From positions 135,284,001-135,348,000 of the forward strand of contig OX597817.1 of assembly GCA_951406725.2 (NCBI GenBank): a stretch of 64,000 nucleotides of DNA, written 5' to 3'. The DNA comes from Octopus vulgaris (Eukaryota). The position numbers and the translations under genes were made by a program. The notes below the pieces were generated by a model. That model did no database searches. It was not told where the DNA came from and saw only the letters and a program-made list of their open reading frames with translations. This document shows positions 15,638 through 30,443 of this stretch, piece after piece. The stretch's first letter is position 1, and every line of letters begins with the position of its first letter.

Positions 15638-15890
15638 TTCATCACCGTCATCATTACATCATCGTCATCGTAATGATGACTTCTGTGACTATCACGGTAA
15701 TTACCATAAAAACCAAAAACAGAAAGCTCTAAATCGCTGCAAAGATGTAATGCAATAACAACCCGAACTTATGGCTATGTGTCGACATGAGAAGACAATA
15801 TAATGATATTATAAGGAATGGCAATGTAAGAGTTTTTTACATCCAAGCTCAACGCTGTGTTCGAAAATATTCCTCTTATTAGTTGTAATA

Positions 15891-15955
<65 letters not shown>

Positions 15956-16275
15956 TACATATACATATATACAAATCATAAGTTAGGAAGTATGAGAGGT
16001 GAATATATTTATTTCACCATCTTAGGATAACTGCTGTTTCGCAGCTTTCCTCATATGATAATAATTTCAGTGTATAATAGCGACGCGATTATATGAATCT
16101 CTATATGTTATATGTGTATATATATATATATAAATACACACACATATATATAAGCATGTATGTACGTGTAAATAGAAATGTAATTATTGTTGAAATCTCT
16201 ATCAATACAATTAATATATGACAAATTATTGTTTCAGCGAGTGTTCGTTTAGTTAATGTCTTACAACAATATCTT

Positions 16276-16306
<31 letters not shown>

Positions 16307-16772
16307 ACACACACAAAGAGGCATAAACACGCGATCCGACTTATTGTTTATTCTCATCGATATTTGTCTCAATGTTTTGGCATCTATGTCAGAATTCATG
16401 AGACTCTAAGAACAGGCAATTCTTGCTCAAAAAGGAATCCATTCAAATGTTCTTCGCAACAAAATGGAAGAATTTTGTTTTGATTTTGTATTTATATTGT
16501 CGTAGTTGATGTTGATGCCGTTGTTGTTGTTGTTGTTGTTGTGTTTCCCTTTCATCTTGGCGTGTATGTGTGGATGCATGGATATGGGAAGGACTGCACA
16601 GTGTGGGCGTGAGGGTATAGAGCTAAGTATACATATGTCTGTGCGTTTATGTCTATGTGCATTTATGTGTGTGTGTGTGTGCGTGTGTGTATTTATGTAT
16701 CTATCAAACCATCCCCGTTTTCTTTTGATCTAAAGTAACACGGCTTCCTTTATAATTGTTTTGATGTGATGT

Positions 16773-16775
16773 GGC

Positions 16776-16806
<31 letters not shown>

Positions 16807-16836
16807 AATATATATACATATATATATATGCGTGTG

Positions 16837-16872
<36 letters not shown>

Positions 16873-17088
16873 CATATATATGTATATATATGTACATATA
16901 TATATATACATACATACATGCATAAATATATGCGCGTGTGTGTGTTTTGTGTGTGTATGTACATACATATATACATATATATGTATACACGTATACGTAC
17001 ATATCTACATATATATATATAATACATGTATATATATATATGTCTGTGTGTGTGTGTGTGTGTGTACGTGTGTGTGTATGTATGCATC

Positions 17089-17128
<40 letters not shown>

Positions 17129-18220
17129 CGTGCATGTGTACGTATATGTTTTTGCATTTGTGTGTGTGTATGTGTGTGTGTGTGCGTGGTTTTGCATACA
17201 TACGATCCTCGTATTGAATATAAGAAATATTGGATTTCACCAAACCCGAAGCCTCAATCATCTCACTACTGAATAATTAATAAATCAATATTTGCTAAGA
17301 CAATGCTGAGTGACTTGCCTAAGCTCAATGACCTCGAAGTATATTGCGAGAAAATGGGTCTTTCTGATGTATAAAGCTGTTTAAGGGCCATGGATATGGA
17401 GCCATGGGGAGGAAAAGGAAAGTGAAACAAATCAGAGACTTCACTTAAGAGAAGACCATTTTTTTTCTCTTCGGCAATTATTGGATATATTTTCAATAAA
17501 TGTTGCTATATACATAGGAACATGCATACATGTGAGTGTGTATGTGTGAGTATGGGGTGTGTGAAGGTGTGTGTGAGGTGTGTCAGTATGTATGTGTACG
17601 TGTGTGTAGGTGTGTGTGTGTGTATGTGTGTGCATGCATACAATTATGCATACATATACGTACGTACATAAATACATACATGCATACAAATAGACAACAT
17701 GCATTTACATACATATATACATACGTACGTACACGTACATACATACATACATACATACATACATACATACATACATACATACATACATACATACATACAC
17801 ATACATGTATACACACACATACATACGAACACATACATACATACATACATACATACATACACACATACATACACATACATACACACACATACATACATAC
17901 ATTAATAACATACATACACACATACATACACACATACATATATACACATACGTACACACATACATACATACACACATACATACACACACATATATACACG
18001 CACATACATACGCACATACATTAATAACTTACATACACACATATATACATACACACATACATATATACACATACATACACACATACATACGCACATACAT
18101 TAATAACATACATACACACAAACATACATACACACACATACATACATATTTGCACATATACACTTATAACATACCTACAAACACACACACACATGCATAC
18201 ATACATACACACATACATAC
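16773..18220. repeat. Compound TA/TG/CATA microsatellite blocks
   Basis: Directly visible, with a unique spacer at about 17190-17520. Confidence 0.85.
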
Positions 18221-18297
18221 GTGGTGCCTGCTCCGTCTTCACGTGTGATTACTCTGTCCTTGTACTTCTTCGTAGTCAATGGTATTTCTGATTTTCC

Positions 18298-18445
18298 ATC
18301 CATGACGTCTCAGCTGACTATTTAGGCCCACTACAGATCCGCATATTTTGGAGCATAGGTGACAGGCGAAAATTCTCATTTGCAGTGCATTTCCAACAGA
18401 TTAGTTCTGCACACGTGGTGTTTCTTCCATTACCATAAGACTTTC
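18298..18445 (-). mobile_element. Possible RTE-clade LINE C-terminal zinc-finger fragment
   Basis: Minus strand FACHLCSKICGSVVGLNSQLRRHG resembles the CxxC..GLxSHxRxH motif at the end of RTE ORFs. Confidence 0.4.
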
Positions 18446-19364
18446 AGCAGATAGAATGACACATAGGTTTGCCATGAGCAGACATCTGTGTGACATCTGT
18501 ATGACATCTGAATGTCGCCTGTATGTGATCTGTATGCCTGTATATCACTAGATTTTAGTGATAAACACTTGTACAACACGAGGACCACTCTCTGAGTCTC
18601 CGTATTTAGTACCTAGTGATAGGCTGATGTGAGATGACCAATAATCACATAAAACCTCAGGGTTTACATGTGTCCTTCTCCTAGAAACATGCTATGACAA
18701 CAGCTAGTGGTCACTCACTGCCGGTGGTTTTACAGCGCGCCCTGATGTATTTCAGCGTCCCTGTGCTTAAATGGATCGTCATCAGGTATTCTAGTTAACT
18801 CATAGCTGGGAGCCTGACAGGAGCTAATACTCCGGGTCAGCGCTGGAAGCAATCGTGGCTAAGATGTGGCCCTACATTTCCCGAAAGCCAGGAGCTCACC
18901 AACCGGAATCCCTCAACCGGATGCAGTTTAAAGCCATACCCAGGACAATACATATACATACACACATACGTACATATACACATACATACATACATACATA
19001 CATACATACATACACACACACATACGTACGTACATACATACATACATACATACATAGAGAGACAGACATGGATACATACATATATGCATGCATACATATA
19101 TACATACATCCATACATACCTACCTACACACACACATACCTACTAGGTACATACATACAGACAGACAGACAAACATGGATACATACACACACACATACAT
19201 ACGTACATATATACATACAGACAGACAAACAGACAGACAGACAAACAGACAGACATACAGACAAACAGACCGACAAACATGGATACATACATACATACAT
19301 ACATACATACATACATACATACATACAGATCTGCACATACACACATACATACATACAAACAAAA

Positions 19365-19465
19365 GTTGATGTTTAAATTCCAGTGACGGAGACTTGACTC
19401 TTAGAAACCGGCTCTTTCTCTATTGGCAAGAAATCTTAAAATAAAACTGAATAATGACATACATA
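19365..19465 (+). repeat. Interspersed repeat, second copy of 14473-14580
   Basis: Clear alignment: gttgatgtt.aaattcca.tga.ggag..ctattggcaagaaat..aataatgacatacat. Confidence 0.65.
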
Positions 19466-19654
19466 TTATGGTGATCGATTCGTTAAACGATTTTGACAAT
19501 GGTTGACTAAATAAAATGCATCACAGCTTTACATGTTGTGAGAATAATAATGGTGCTTGAATCCTGCCAGCGATTTACAGAACTTGTTGCGGGTTCAACG
19601 TTCATACCAATTCCTTCTGACTTTTTTTTATTGTTCCGGTTCATTCTGATAGTT

Positions 19655-20075
19655 TTTTTCCTGCGCACCCTCATGTAGCTGGATAAACCCAAGCAATTTA
19701 AATCCCTTTTCTGGCCGACAGCGAATGTGAGTTGGCCCCAGAAAGACAGTTGTTGTAATTTGTAGCAAGTTTTTCTTGTGGCTTTTCTGGTGGCTCATCA
19801 GGCCTGCGTGAACCGTACATCTGCGACCAAAGACTTCACTGACTCAGTGAGGAAATGTAGGTTGAATGGAATCGTCTTTTCGTGCTGATCTCCTTATGCG
19901 TGACCACACGTCTGCACTTTGCTGGAATGTGCTCACTCCGTCATAGATGCTTTGCTTCCAGCTTTTCCTATCCTTGACATGTCGTGAAATCCCTCCTATC
20001 ACCATTCCTGTCCTGAAATCTCACGGATTTCAAGCAGTTCTTTTAGGTTATCTCTTGATCACTTTCTTGGCTTAC
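19655..20075 (-). mobile_element. Decayed RTE-clade LINE 3' coding end
   Basis: Minus-strand DRKSWKQSIYDGVSTF, AGLMSHQKSHK and GLSSYMRV resemble the RTE C-terminus (DRxxWR..GV..F, GLxSH). Confidence 0.55.
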
Positions 20076-20825
20076 ACACAGACACAGACACAGACACACA
20101 CACATACACACACATACACATACACATACGTGCATTTATACAGGAGGAGGAGATCCCCTTTGGTCATGAATGACCATGGGATTACACCCAGAAAGTTACC
20201 CTCCGAGGCACAAGTTTGGGTAAGGTTGTTTGTGGAAGGCCATACACACATAATTACATACATATATACATACATACATACATACATACATAATACATAC
20301 ATACATACATACATACATACATACATACATACATACATACATACATACATAAAGAAATTAACTGTCTAACTCGCAAATACAATCTCTAAGTGAAACAGTA
20401 AAAATATGTCAGACTTTTGCACGTTTAAAATGTGACACTGTTTTTCTTACAGTCCAGCGATGGAGATTTGTATTGTTTGTTAAAAACCAGCTCCTTCCTC
20501 AGAGAAAGAATTTATATAATTAAAAACCGAACATGCATGCATGGACCATTGATATGGAGTTTGCAAATCCAGGACCCACGATACACTTTCAGCCTCACAC
20601 CTATTATCATTGGAGCAACAGAATATATATACCAGCCTGTCTGAAGCAATGTATGGCTGAACTTGGGTTCTTCGGGAATTGACGCAAATCCTTAATTCAT
20701 ACGCTCATAATGAGCACAACATACGAGAATATAAAAATCTGCAAGATCTTTTTTTTAAGATTTAATGGATGGTGGTTAAAACAAGATGCTTTCCTTCACC
20801 AAGCAGGTCGTATAGCGGTAAGTAT

Positions 20826-20897
20826 CTCTCGGTAGTATAGTGGTAAGTACCCCCGCCCGTCACGCGGCAGATCGGAGTTCGATTCCCCGTCGGGGAA
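20826..20897 (+). tRNA. tRNA-Asp(GTC)-like, probable pseudogene
   Basis: Close to the metazoan tRNA-Asp consensus (TAGTATAGTGGT..CCGCC.GTCACGCGG..GTTCGATTCCCCG.CGGGGA). It has C at invariant U33, an A:C mismatch in the T stem, a weak acceptor stem and no T4 terminator. Confidence 0.8.
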
Positions 20898-21009
20898 GCG
20901 TAGATATTTGAAGGCAGTGATCTAGCAAGGCCGCAGTCAAATGACTGCAACAAATAAAAGAATAAAACAATGACCGGACACAATTTCTTCTAAATTAAAA
21001 ATGGAAACA

Positions 21010-21672
21010 GTATATACATGTATGCATACATAGACACACACACACATACATACATACATACATACATACATACATACATACATACACACACACATACATA
21101 CATACATACATACATACATACATACATACACACATACACACACATACATACATACATACATACATATATACATACATACATACTTACACACATACATACG
21201 CACGCATACATACCTACATAGATACATACAAACACATACACACACATCCACGCATACACACACATCCACGCATACACACACATACACACCCACTCACACA
21301 TACACATACACACACATACATTCATATATACATACACACTTACATAAGTACACACACATACACACAGACACACACACACACACATATATATATATACATA
21401 CATACATACATACCACATACATACCGCATGCATACGTACATACATACATGCATACATGCACACATACATACATATATATACACATATATACATGCATACA
21501 TGCACACATACATACATATATATATACATATATACATACATATATACATACATATATACATACATACATACACACACACACACATACATACATACATACA
21601 TACATACATACATACATACATACATACATACATACATACATACATACATACATACATGCATACATAAATACA
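21010..21672. repeat. (CATA)n/(CA)n microsatellite
   Basis: Directly visible. Confidence 0.9.
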
Positions 21673-21959
21673 TAGACCTATTTTTATTCTTTATAACTTC
21701 CTGAAAAACATTTTTTAATGAAATTTGCAGAGATAGATTTTCGATGGAGTATATTGTTATTATGCTGATAAAATTTTGGAAAATAATATCACATTTATTG
21801 CTAATATAAGAAGTTTTTTATTTAATTTTATTTTGACGTAATAAATATTTTTATTTTCAAAATTAGTTTTAATTTTATCGTTTTGTAATAAGAAATAAGT
21901 AATTTGATAAAAATTAAAATATAATAACATTATATTATATTAATATAAATTAATATATC

Positions 21960-22362
21960 ACGGCATCGGCCAGACTATTGGATGTTGTTACACATCGCTG
22001 ATTACAATGCACTTCCATCTGATTGGAAGGCTAATCCGAGGCAGGGTTAACCATTTACAGCTGAGTGGACTGGAGCACGATGAAATGAAGTGTTTTGCTC
22101 AAAAACACATGTTGCCCAATCCGAGAATCGAACCCATGATCTCGCGATCGTGAATGCACTACCCTAATCAGGGATGGCCCTAAGGTTGCTGACGGCCCTG
22201 GTAAGCTGAGCTTCGGCGTGTACAAGCTGACGATCATGGGAATTTTCCTTGTCTTTATCACACCCTCCTTATCGCCCACTAGCTCATGGCGCACAGGTTG
22301 ACTGCCCGAGTTGCCGACACCTTCAGCCGGCCTGACACTAACCACTTGGCCACACGCCTTCA
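21960..22362 (-). mobile_element. SINE family C with about 170-bp GC-rich insertion in its head
   Basis: Head (gaaggcgtgtggccaagtggttag) at 22338-22361, B box ggttcgattc near 22135, and body ttgagcaaaacacttcatttca. The insert spans about 22170-22335. Confidence 0.6.
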
Positions 22363-22391
22363 CTTAATATATATATATTGGTTTCAAATGT

Positions 22392-22741
22392 TGTAAAGAT
22401 TGTTTGCCAACATAACATGGCAGTCCTGGTTTAGGACGAATGTTGCTGTAATTTAGCCTCAGGAGACATCGTCTCCAGCTGGCTATACGACATGATTTGT
22501 GTCCTTATATTTTCGAACAAGGGAATCTATCACCCCCAATCAGCTCAAAACAATATCTGTATATCGCGATTTCTGGGTTATTGTTTTGAGTTGAGTGGTG
22601 GTGCTAGATTCTCTTGTTTGAAAATATAAGGACACAGATCGTGTTGTATAGCCAGCTGGAGATGATGTCTCCTGGGGCTAAATTACAGCAACATTAGTCC
22701 TAAACAAGGACTGCCATGTTATGTTGGCAAACAATCTTTAC
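22392..22741. mobile_element. Foldback MITE, about 160-bp arms with a short loop
   Basis: Arms 22393-22555 and 22579-22741 are reverse complements with 13 substitutions. Confidence 0.9.
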
Positions 22742-22800
22742 TACAAAGTATTGTTACTGAATATCTCTCGTTGTGAGATTTTAAGAGTGGTGATTTTCTT

Positions 22801-22925
22801 GGTTTCAAATGTTGGCACAAGGCCAGCAATTTCGGAGGTGGGGACTGTTCGATTTCATTGACCCCCAGTGCTCTGCTGGTATTCCTTTTATCTACCCCGA
22901 AAGTATGAAAGATAAGGTAGACCAC
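22801..22925 (-). mobile_element. SINE family A 3' half
   Basis: ttggcacaaggccagcaatttcgg..gacccccagtgct..ccccgaaagtatgaaag. Confidence 0.65.
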
Positions 22926-23212
22926 GTAACATATATTAGCATACATTTATGTTTACATATACACAAATATACATTTATCTATTTATTATAGTGTTACATT
23001 TATTTATATTAATATATATTAATGCACATTTATATATATACATGCATATATGCGCGTGTTGTGCGTGTGTGTGTGTATTAATCTGTTATACATTTACATA
23101 TATACATACAGGTATATTACATTTACAGATATATATATATGTGCTATTATGTTAGACATGGCCTGGGCCAATAATGGCCGAAACCTATCAAAGTAAAGTA
23201 TCAAAGTATATG

Positions 23213-23274
<62 letters not shown>

Positions 23275-23281
23275 TTAATGT

Positions 23282-23335
<54 letters not shown>

Positions 23336-23352
23336 ACGAATACACAAGAGAC

Positions 23353-23393
<41 letters not shown>

Positions 23394-23902
23394 TGCATTG
23401 CTAAATGGACAAGGAGATACTTTAGAGACCGGGAGGGTTAGAATCATGTGAGGTAAAGAAACAGCAAAACGCAATACCTTTACTACGTCACTCTTTTTTT
23501 TTCTTCTCCCATTCCATTGTCGTTGCAGCTTTGGCCGAGGTGGAATTGGAGCAAATGCCCAACTGACACAATATTAATGCGAAATTTTCCCAATTTATTT
23601 TATAAAAAAATTAATGATAACGTTCTAAACTTTGAACCATAATCTTTCAAAAGTACTTTTTTTTTTTTTGTTGCCGAGGGCCATTGTATGATGGAAGCGT
23701 TTATAGCAGTTCTCTTCTTTTTCTTTTCCTTTTTTTTTTTTTTTCTTGGTTGAGATAATTAAAGTTGGATGTTTCATTTAAGAACTTAAGGCCATATTCT
23801 ACTCGTGAATTAATCAGCGATTCTAGAATTACTAACAGAAAAAAAAAACCGTTTTGTTCTCTCATCTTCGTTTAAAGTTTAACTCTTTTAACTCCACAAT
23901 TA

Positions 23903-24212
23903 GGCATAGGCGTGGGTAGTTTGTAGGAAGTTTGCTTCCCAATCACAGGGTTCCGAGTTCAGTTCCACGGCATGGCACCTTCAGCAAATAACTTTTTCTA
24001 TAGCCTCGGGCCGACCAAAGCTTTGTGAGTTGATTTGGTAGACAGAAAATGAAAGAAAAACGTCGTATATATATATATATATATTATTTACTCTTGAAAA
24101 TTTCGGTTGAACGAACGAAAGCGCTAATAAAGTATTATCCAAACTTCTGACTGCCTCCTACTTCATATATACAATATCTGTACACCATCTCAAACACTCT
24201 GTACATATTTGT

Positions 24213-24249
<37 letters not shown>

Positions 24250-24380
24250 GATGTATTTGCCTCTTTGCGTTTGTTCCCCACAACCGGTGTTGGTGTGTTT
24301 ACGTCACCGTAAATTATCGGTTCGGCAAAAGGAGAACGAGAGAGTACGTATGTTTCATACCACTTAGTAGTGCTCCAACG
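23903..24380 (+). mobile_element. tRNA-derived SINE family B, decayed and interrupted
   Basis: gagttcagttcc B box, tatagcctcgggccgaccaaagc, and 3' part ggttcggcaaaag. Homologous to the reverse complement of 24601-24978. Confidence 0.7.
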
Positions 24381-24600
24381 ATTCAAACTTAGACTCCGAT
24401 GTCTTTACAGGAGATCAGCTCTACGGGGTAAAGAATGGTTATAAGAGCGATGGAGTTGGACAGATATGGCGGCCGTTATGTGGATAAACAAATTGGATAT
24501 ATTAAATATAACAGTTTGTGTATGAAATTTTCTCTGTCATTTTTACTTTGTGTAAGTTGGCTCAATTAATATAAACATCCTTTTCTTTTTTTTTTTTTTT

Positions 24601-24978
24601 TTACTTGTTTCAGTCATTTGACTTGGGCCATGCTGGAGCACCGCCTTTAATCGAGCAACTCGACCCCGGGACTTATTCTTTTGTAAGCCCAGTACTTATT
24701 CTATCGGTCTCTTTTGCCGAACCGCTAAGTAACGGGGACATAAACACACCAGCATCGGTTGTCAAGCAATGCTAGGAGGACAAACACATACACGCATATA
24801 TATATATACATATATACGACGGGCTTCTTTCAGTTTCCGTCTACCAAATCCACTCACAAGGCTTTGGTCGGCCCGAGGCTATAGTAGAAGACACTTGCCC
24901 AAGGTGCCACGCAGTGGGACTGAACCCGGAACCACGTGGTTGGTAAACAAGCTACCTACCACACATCACTCCTGCGCC
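24601..24978 (-). mobile_element. Full-length tRNA-derived SINE family B
   Basis: Head ggcgcaggagtg..ggttccgggttcagtcccactgcgtggcacc, internal (TA)n, tail cagcatggcc..agtcaaatgactgaaacaagtaa plus A-rich end. Confidence 0.85.
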
Positions 24979-25065
24979 TATATATTTCTACTTAAATATT
25001 CATCGTCTGAAAGTGTCTACTTTTTTATTTTCTCTCATTTTGCATGCATGTATGTATGTATATAC

Positions 25066-25148
<83 letters not shown>

Positions 25149-25154
25149 CTTTTA

Positions 25155-25415
25155 AGGCCTTCACTGCATCCGGGGATTTTTACAGTATTGCTTCTGGTGA
25201 AGTAGCGAGTTGTACGTTACCTCTCTTCTTCGTGCCTCCTGCCGCGATGTGGGTTTATCCGGTATTGCAGCTAAGAAACTGTCTATACCTTTTTTGAAGA
25301 CTGCCATGTCTACACCTTGCATATCCCTGATGTTCTGTGCTAAGGCATTAAAAATCTGTAGTCACTTGAATCGCAAGCTATTACAATATTGAGTTCGTAT
25401 CCTCGATGGACCTTC
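25155..25415 (-). mobile_element. CR1-type LINE 3' end
   Basis: Minus strand RTQYCNSLRFK*LQIFNALAQNIRDMQGVDMAVFKKGIDSFLAAIPDKP. Homologous to 37425-37775. Confidence 0.65.
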
Positions 25416-25600
25416 GGTACTGTTATATATATATTGCATTTCATACTCACATTGTTATATTTAATATATCTAATTTGTTTATCAACATAACTGCCTCTCT
25501 CTCTCTCTCTCTCTCTCTCACCCACTCTCACTCTCTCTCTCTCTGTATATATATACATACATATATAGATATACATATATATATATATACACATATATAT

Positions 25601-25988
25601 ATACGGCAAAAAAGAAAGTGGAGGGGATAGAAAAGCGACATACATCAGCCGGTAGACATTCTATTATGTCTATTTATTCTAAAACTTAAAGAAGTATTCT
25701 AAGAATACATACACATGCAAAGACTGTATGCTACACACACATATATGTACTAGTAATACATAACAGAGTAAAAGACCAGTTCCTTACGGATGTAGCCGAC
25801 TATTAAAAGGAACTGATCTTTTAATTTTTTTATGTATTACTAGTACATATATGTGTAGCACACATTCTTTGCATGTGTATGTATTCTTAGAATACTTCTT
25901 TATGTTTTAGAATAAATAGACATAATAGAATGTCTACCGGCTGATTTATGTCGTTTTTCTATCCCCTCCATTTTCTTTTTTGCCGTAT
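25601..25988. repeat. Near-perfect long palindrome (about 180-bp arms, about 20-bp loop)
   Basis: tatacggcaaaaaag..cagttcctt / aaggaactg..ttttttgccgtata. The motif atcagc.g.tagacatt.tattatgtctattta recurs at 41219-41255. Confidence 0.9.
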
Positions 25989-26152
25989 AAATTAAGGATA
26001 AAGCATTTTTAACCCCCGCACATACATGACACCCGATTGCAAAATTGCCACGCAATAACCAGCACTTGGCTATTAATAATTGGGTACACTACCAGCAGTA
26101 TATTGGATAGGTACTATCCCTTAGTTGGTTGAATTCACAACCTCTAACTCAC

Positions 26153-26199
<47 letters not shown>

Positions 26200-26219
26200 T
26201 ACATACATACATACATACA

Positions 26220-26250
<31 letters not shown>

Positions 26251-26344
26251 TAATTTTTATATAAATAAGGATAATCCCGTTATTCAAAATAACGACCATA
26301 TCAAGTGGCCAGCATGGGTAGACGAGCCTTATACGTAATAATTT

Positions 26345-26778
26345 TTATTAAAATCATAATTGAGGGTATCCCCACGCTGGAGTTGGCAGTCGAAGCTTGA
26401 CTCCAAAACCCACATCAAGTATTCATACAGTACAATGTGAAAAGATAAATAGACAAATTAACTAGCAAAATACTGGATAATCCCAAACCCTAGGTTTCTG
26501 GATGAATTAGCTAAACCAAGATATAGCGCATAAATACACACATATATATATATATATATACAACATACGAATACTTACATATATGCAAGTATACATGCCT
26601 ATATATATGTACATATGTACACGACCAATTTGAGTGTCCGTCTAGACATCACTGAAGAGGCAAAGTACATTTTTATACAGAGTCAGAAATCCAGGGTCTG
26701 GGATTATCCATTATTTTGCAAGTTAATTTGACTTCCATCTCTGGCATGGGGGTATCTTGGATACCCTCAATTATAATT

Positions 26779-26786
<8 letters not shown>
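26345..26786. mobile_element. Penelope-like inverted-repeat insertion with hammerhead-like motif
   Basis: Arms 26345-26500 and 26684-26786 are inverted. The plus strand reads CUGAAGA-GGC..GUC-A-GAAA-UCCAGG-GUC at 26649-26702. Confidence 0.55.
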
Positions 26787-26836
<50 letters not shown>

Positions 26837-26974
26837 CAACAACAACAACAACAACAACAATAATAATAATAATAATAATATATACATATATACACGCATA
26901 CATTCATACACACATATATATTCATATATATTATACAAATATATGTGTAGGTGTGTGTGTGTGTGTATGTGTGT

Positions 26975-27008
<34 letters not shown>

Positions 27009-27189
27009 CTGTGTCTGTGTGTGTGCGTGTGACTATATATGGATGCATATACATATACACACGTACGTATATACAACTACATTGGCGGGGAGTCGACAGA
27101 ATCAGGTTTCACGAAGTCGTTTTACTTTTTTTCGAAACCAATCACAAAATTGAGATAAGGCTTTCCATTTTGCGCCTTTGCTGTTTTTA

Positions 27190-27223
27190 TCATTGTATTA
27201 TTATCATTATTATTATTATTATT

Positions 27224-27267
<44 letters not shown>

Positions 27268-27622
27268 TATTAAAATTATTATTTTTATTATTATTATTAT
27301 TAATATTATCATTATTATTATTATTATTATCATTATTATTATTACCATTATTATTATTAATATTATCATTATTATTATTATTATCATCATCATTATTATT
27401 ATTATTATCATTATTATCATTATTATTATTATTATTATTATCATCATCATCGTTATTATTATAATTATTATCATTATTATTATTATCATTATTATTATTA
27501 TTATTATCATTATCACTATTATTATTATTATTATCATTATTATTATTATTATTATTATAACTACTACTACTACTACTACTTTTATTACGACGACTACAAC
27601 TACTCCTACTACTACTACAACT
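27190..27622. repeat. (ATT/ATC/ACT)n microsatellite
   Basis: Directly visible. Confidence 0.95.
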
Positions 27623-28005
27623 AGAATTTTAATTCAATGTCATTTTGACACATTTCAAATATTTTTGTCCGGTCAATAACATTTTTTTTTGTTTTTTTGT
27701 TTTTTAAATGTGACATTTATAATTAGTTTCAAATCATCATATTTGTCATCAAGTGGTCTGCTAAAACCAAACAAACAAGAGAATAATACTTTAAAATGCC
27801 TCCGGAGTGAAGAAAAAAAATTAGTCGTATTAGATCAGGTCATATCTGATGCAAGTCAATTGGCCAATAATAATCTTTAGATTTTTCTTCTAGTGACGCT
27901 TTCATTCAATAACTGTCTGGAAATATTAGTGTAATTGCACTGCGCTGCAATTCATTCGGTGCTGGATATTGCGAAAGAAAAAAAAACAGGCGCGGTATTA
28001 CTCCA

Positions 28006-28084
<79 letters not shown>

Positions 28085-28109
28085 CATACATAGAGAGAGA
28101 GAGATAGAC

Positions 28110-29065
<956 letters not shown>

Positions 29066-29074
29066 ACACCATTT

Positions 29075-29435
29075 ATCTATCATCCAGGTTTGGTCTGTTA
29101 GCTGGATTCCGGCTCCTCCAAATTCTGTAGGAGTTTGCGGTGTGTTTCTCTTGGGTTGACCTACTTAATGCAAAGTAATAAGCATATATGACTTCTTTAT
29201 ATTCTTCCCGGTTCCATTTAGTACTTTTACATTTTTGATTTACTGGTCGTTGTGGTGGTGAACTTTGGGGGCTTAATTTGGGACAAATCCCGTTTAAGTG
29301 ACCTTCCAGGTTCGTATTCGGGGAAGATATTCTGCTATTTGAAAATGTTTCGCCATCAGGCTGGCAGCTTCCTGAATAACCATTGGACAAGCAATTCGGT
29401 GTACTGTTTGAAATTTTCTTATCAAGTAAAGTTAA
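29075..29435 (-). mobile_element. 5' (N-terminal) fragment of R4/Dong-type LINE
   Basis: KWNREEYKEVIYAYYFA..YRIWRSRNP resembles the N-terminal KW.REE..V..CYY..IW..R.P motif of R4-clade ORFs. Confidence 0.55.
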
Positions 29436-29484
29436 ACTATATTATTATCATCAGCATCATCATCATTATTATTATTATTATTAC

Positions 29485-29538
<54 letters not shown>

Positions 29539-29543
29539 CATCA

Positions 29544-29633
<90 letters not shown>

Positions 29634-29636
<3 letters not shown>

Positions 29637-30443
29637 GTTTGACTTTTGCTTTACATTTGCACAAACTGGCTCCAAGTCTCACCCAGAGACCTCAAGAGAC
29701 AACAAGTTGGAAGTTCATGTTGGTGTTATGCCTAGGGTGCCATATATTTGGTTTTGTACTAAGTGTTGTACTAGTAAATGCCTAAAAAAAAACATACGAA
29801 AATTATGTTTGTTTTAAACCTTGAGATTACAAAGAAAGTATTTTGCGTAGGATATGAGCAGTTCCCATGAGCACTATCTTTTGAATTTCTGCCATTTTGG
29901 GGTTTCCTGGTATCTGAGTTAGGTAGCAATCAGCCCCTTTTGCTATCATTCCCAGGGCACCTATGACAACAGGTATTGTTTTAGTCTTCAGGTTCCACAT
30001 TTTGCTGATTTCTATTTCCAGATCTTTATATTTGCTCAGTTTCTGGTAGGTCTTGACAGATACGTTTATATCGATTGGGACAGTCATATCAATGAGGAGG
30101 CATGTTTTTTGTCTGAAGTCTTTTACTATGATGTCTGGCCTATTCGCGTCTATCTTTCTATCAGTTTGAATGGTGAAGTTCCAGAGGAGTGAGATGTGGT
30201 CATTTTCAAGCACTGGAGGTGGTTTGTGTTCCCACCGGTTTTTATCATGGGGCAAGTCCAGGCTTTTACAAATTACCTTGTGAATATATTGTGCAGCTCT
30301 ATCATGCCTGTTGAGATACTCTGTAGGCGCTAGAAGACTGCACTTGGTGACAACATGATCAATGGTTTCATTTCGTTGTTGACATACACGACATGTTGGG
30401 CTACTGCCGTTCTTTAATATGTTGGCCTGGTAGTTCCTTGTAG

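Noticed and set aside
16026-16050. Half-hammerhead GAAAC-AGCA-GUU on the minus strand (a similar half lies at 48230-48250)
   Set aside because: No matching CUGANGA half found.
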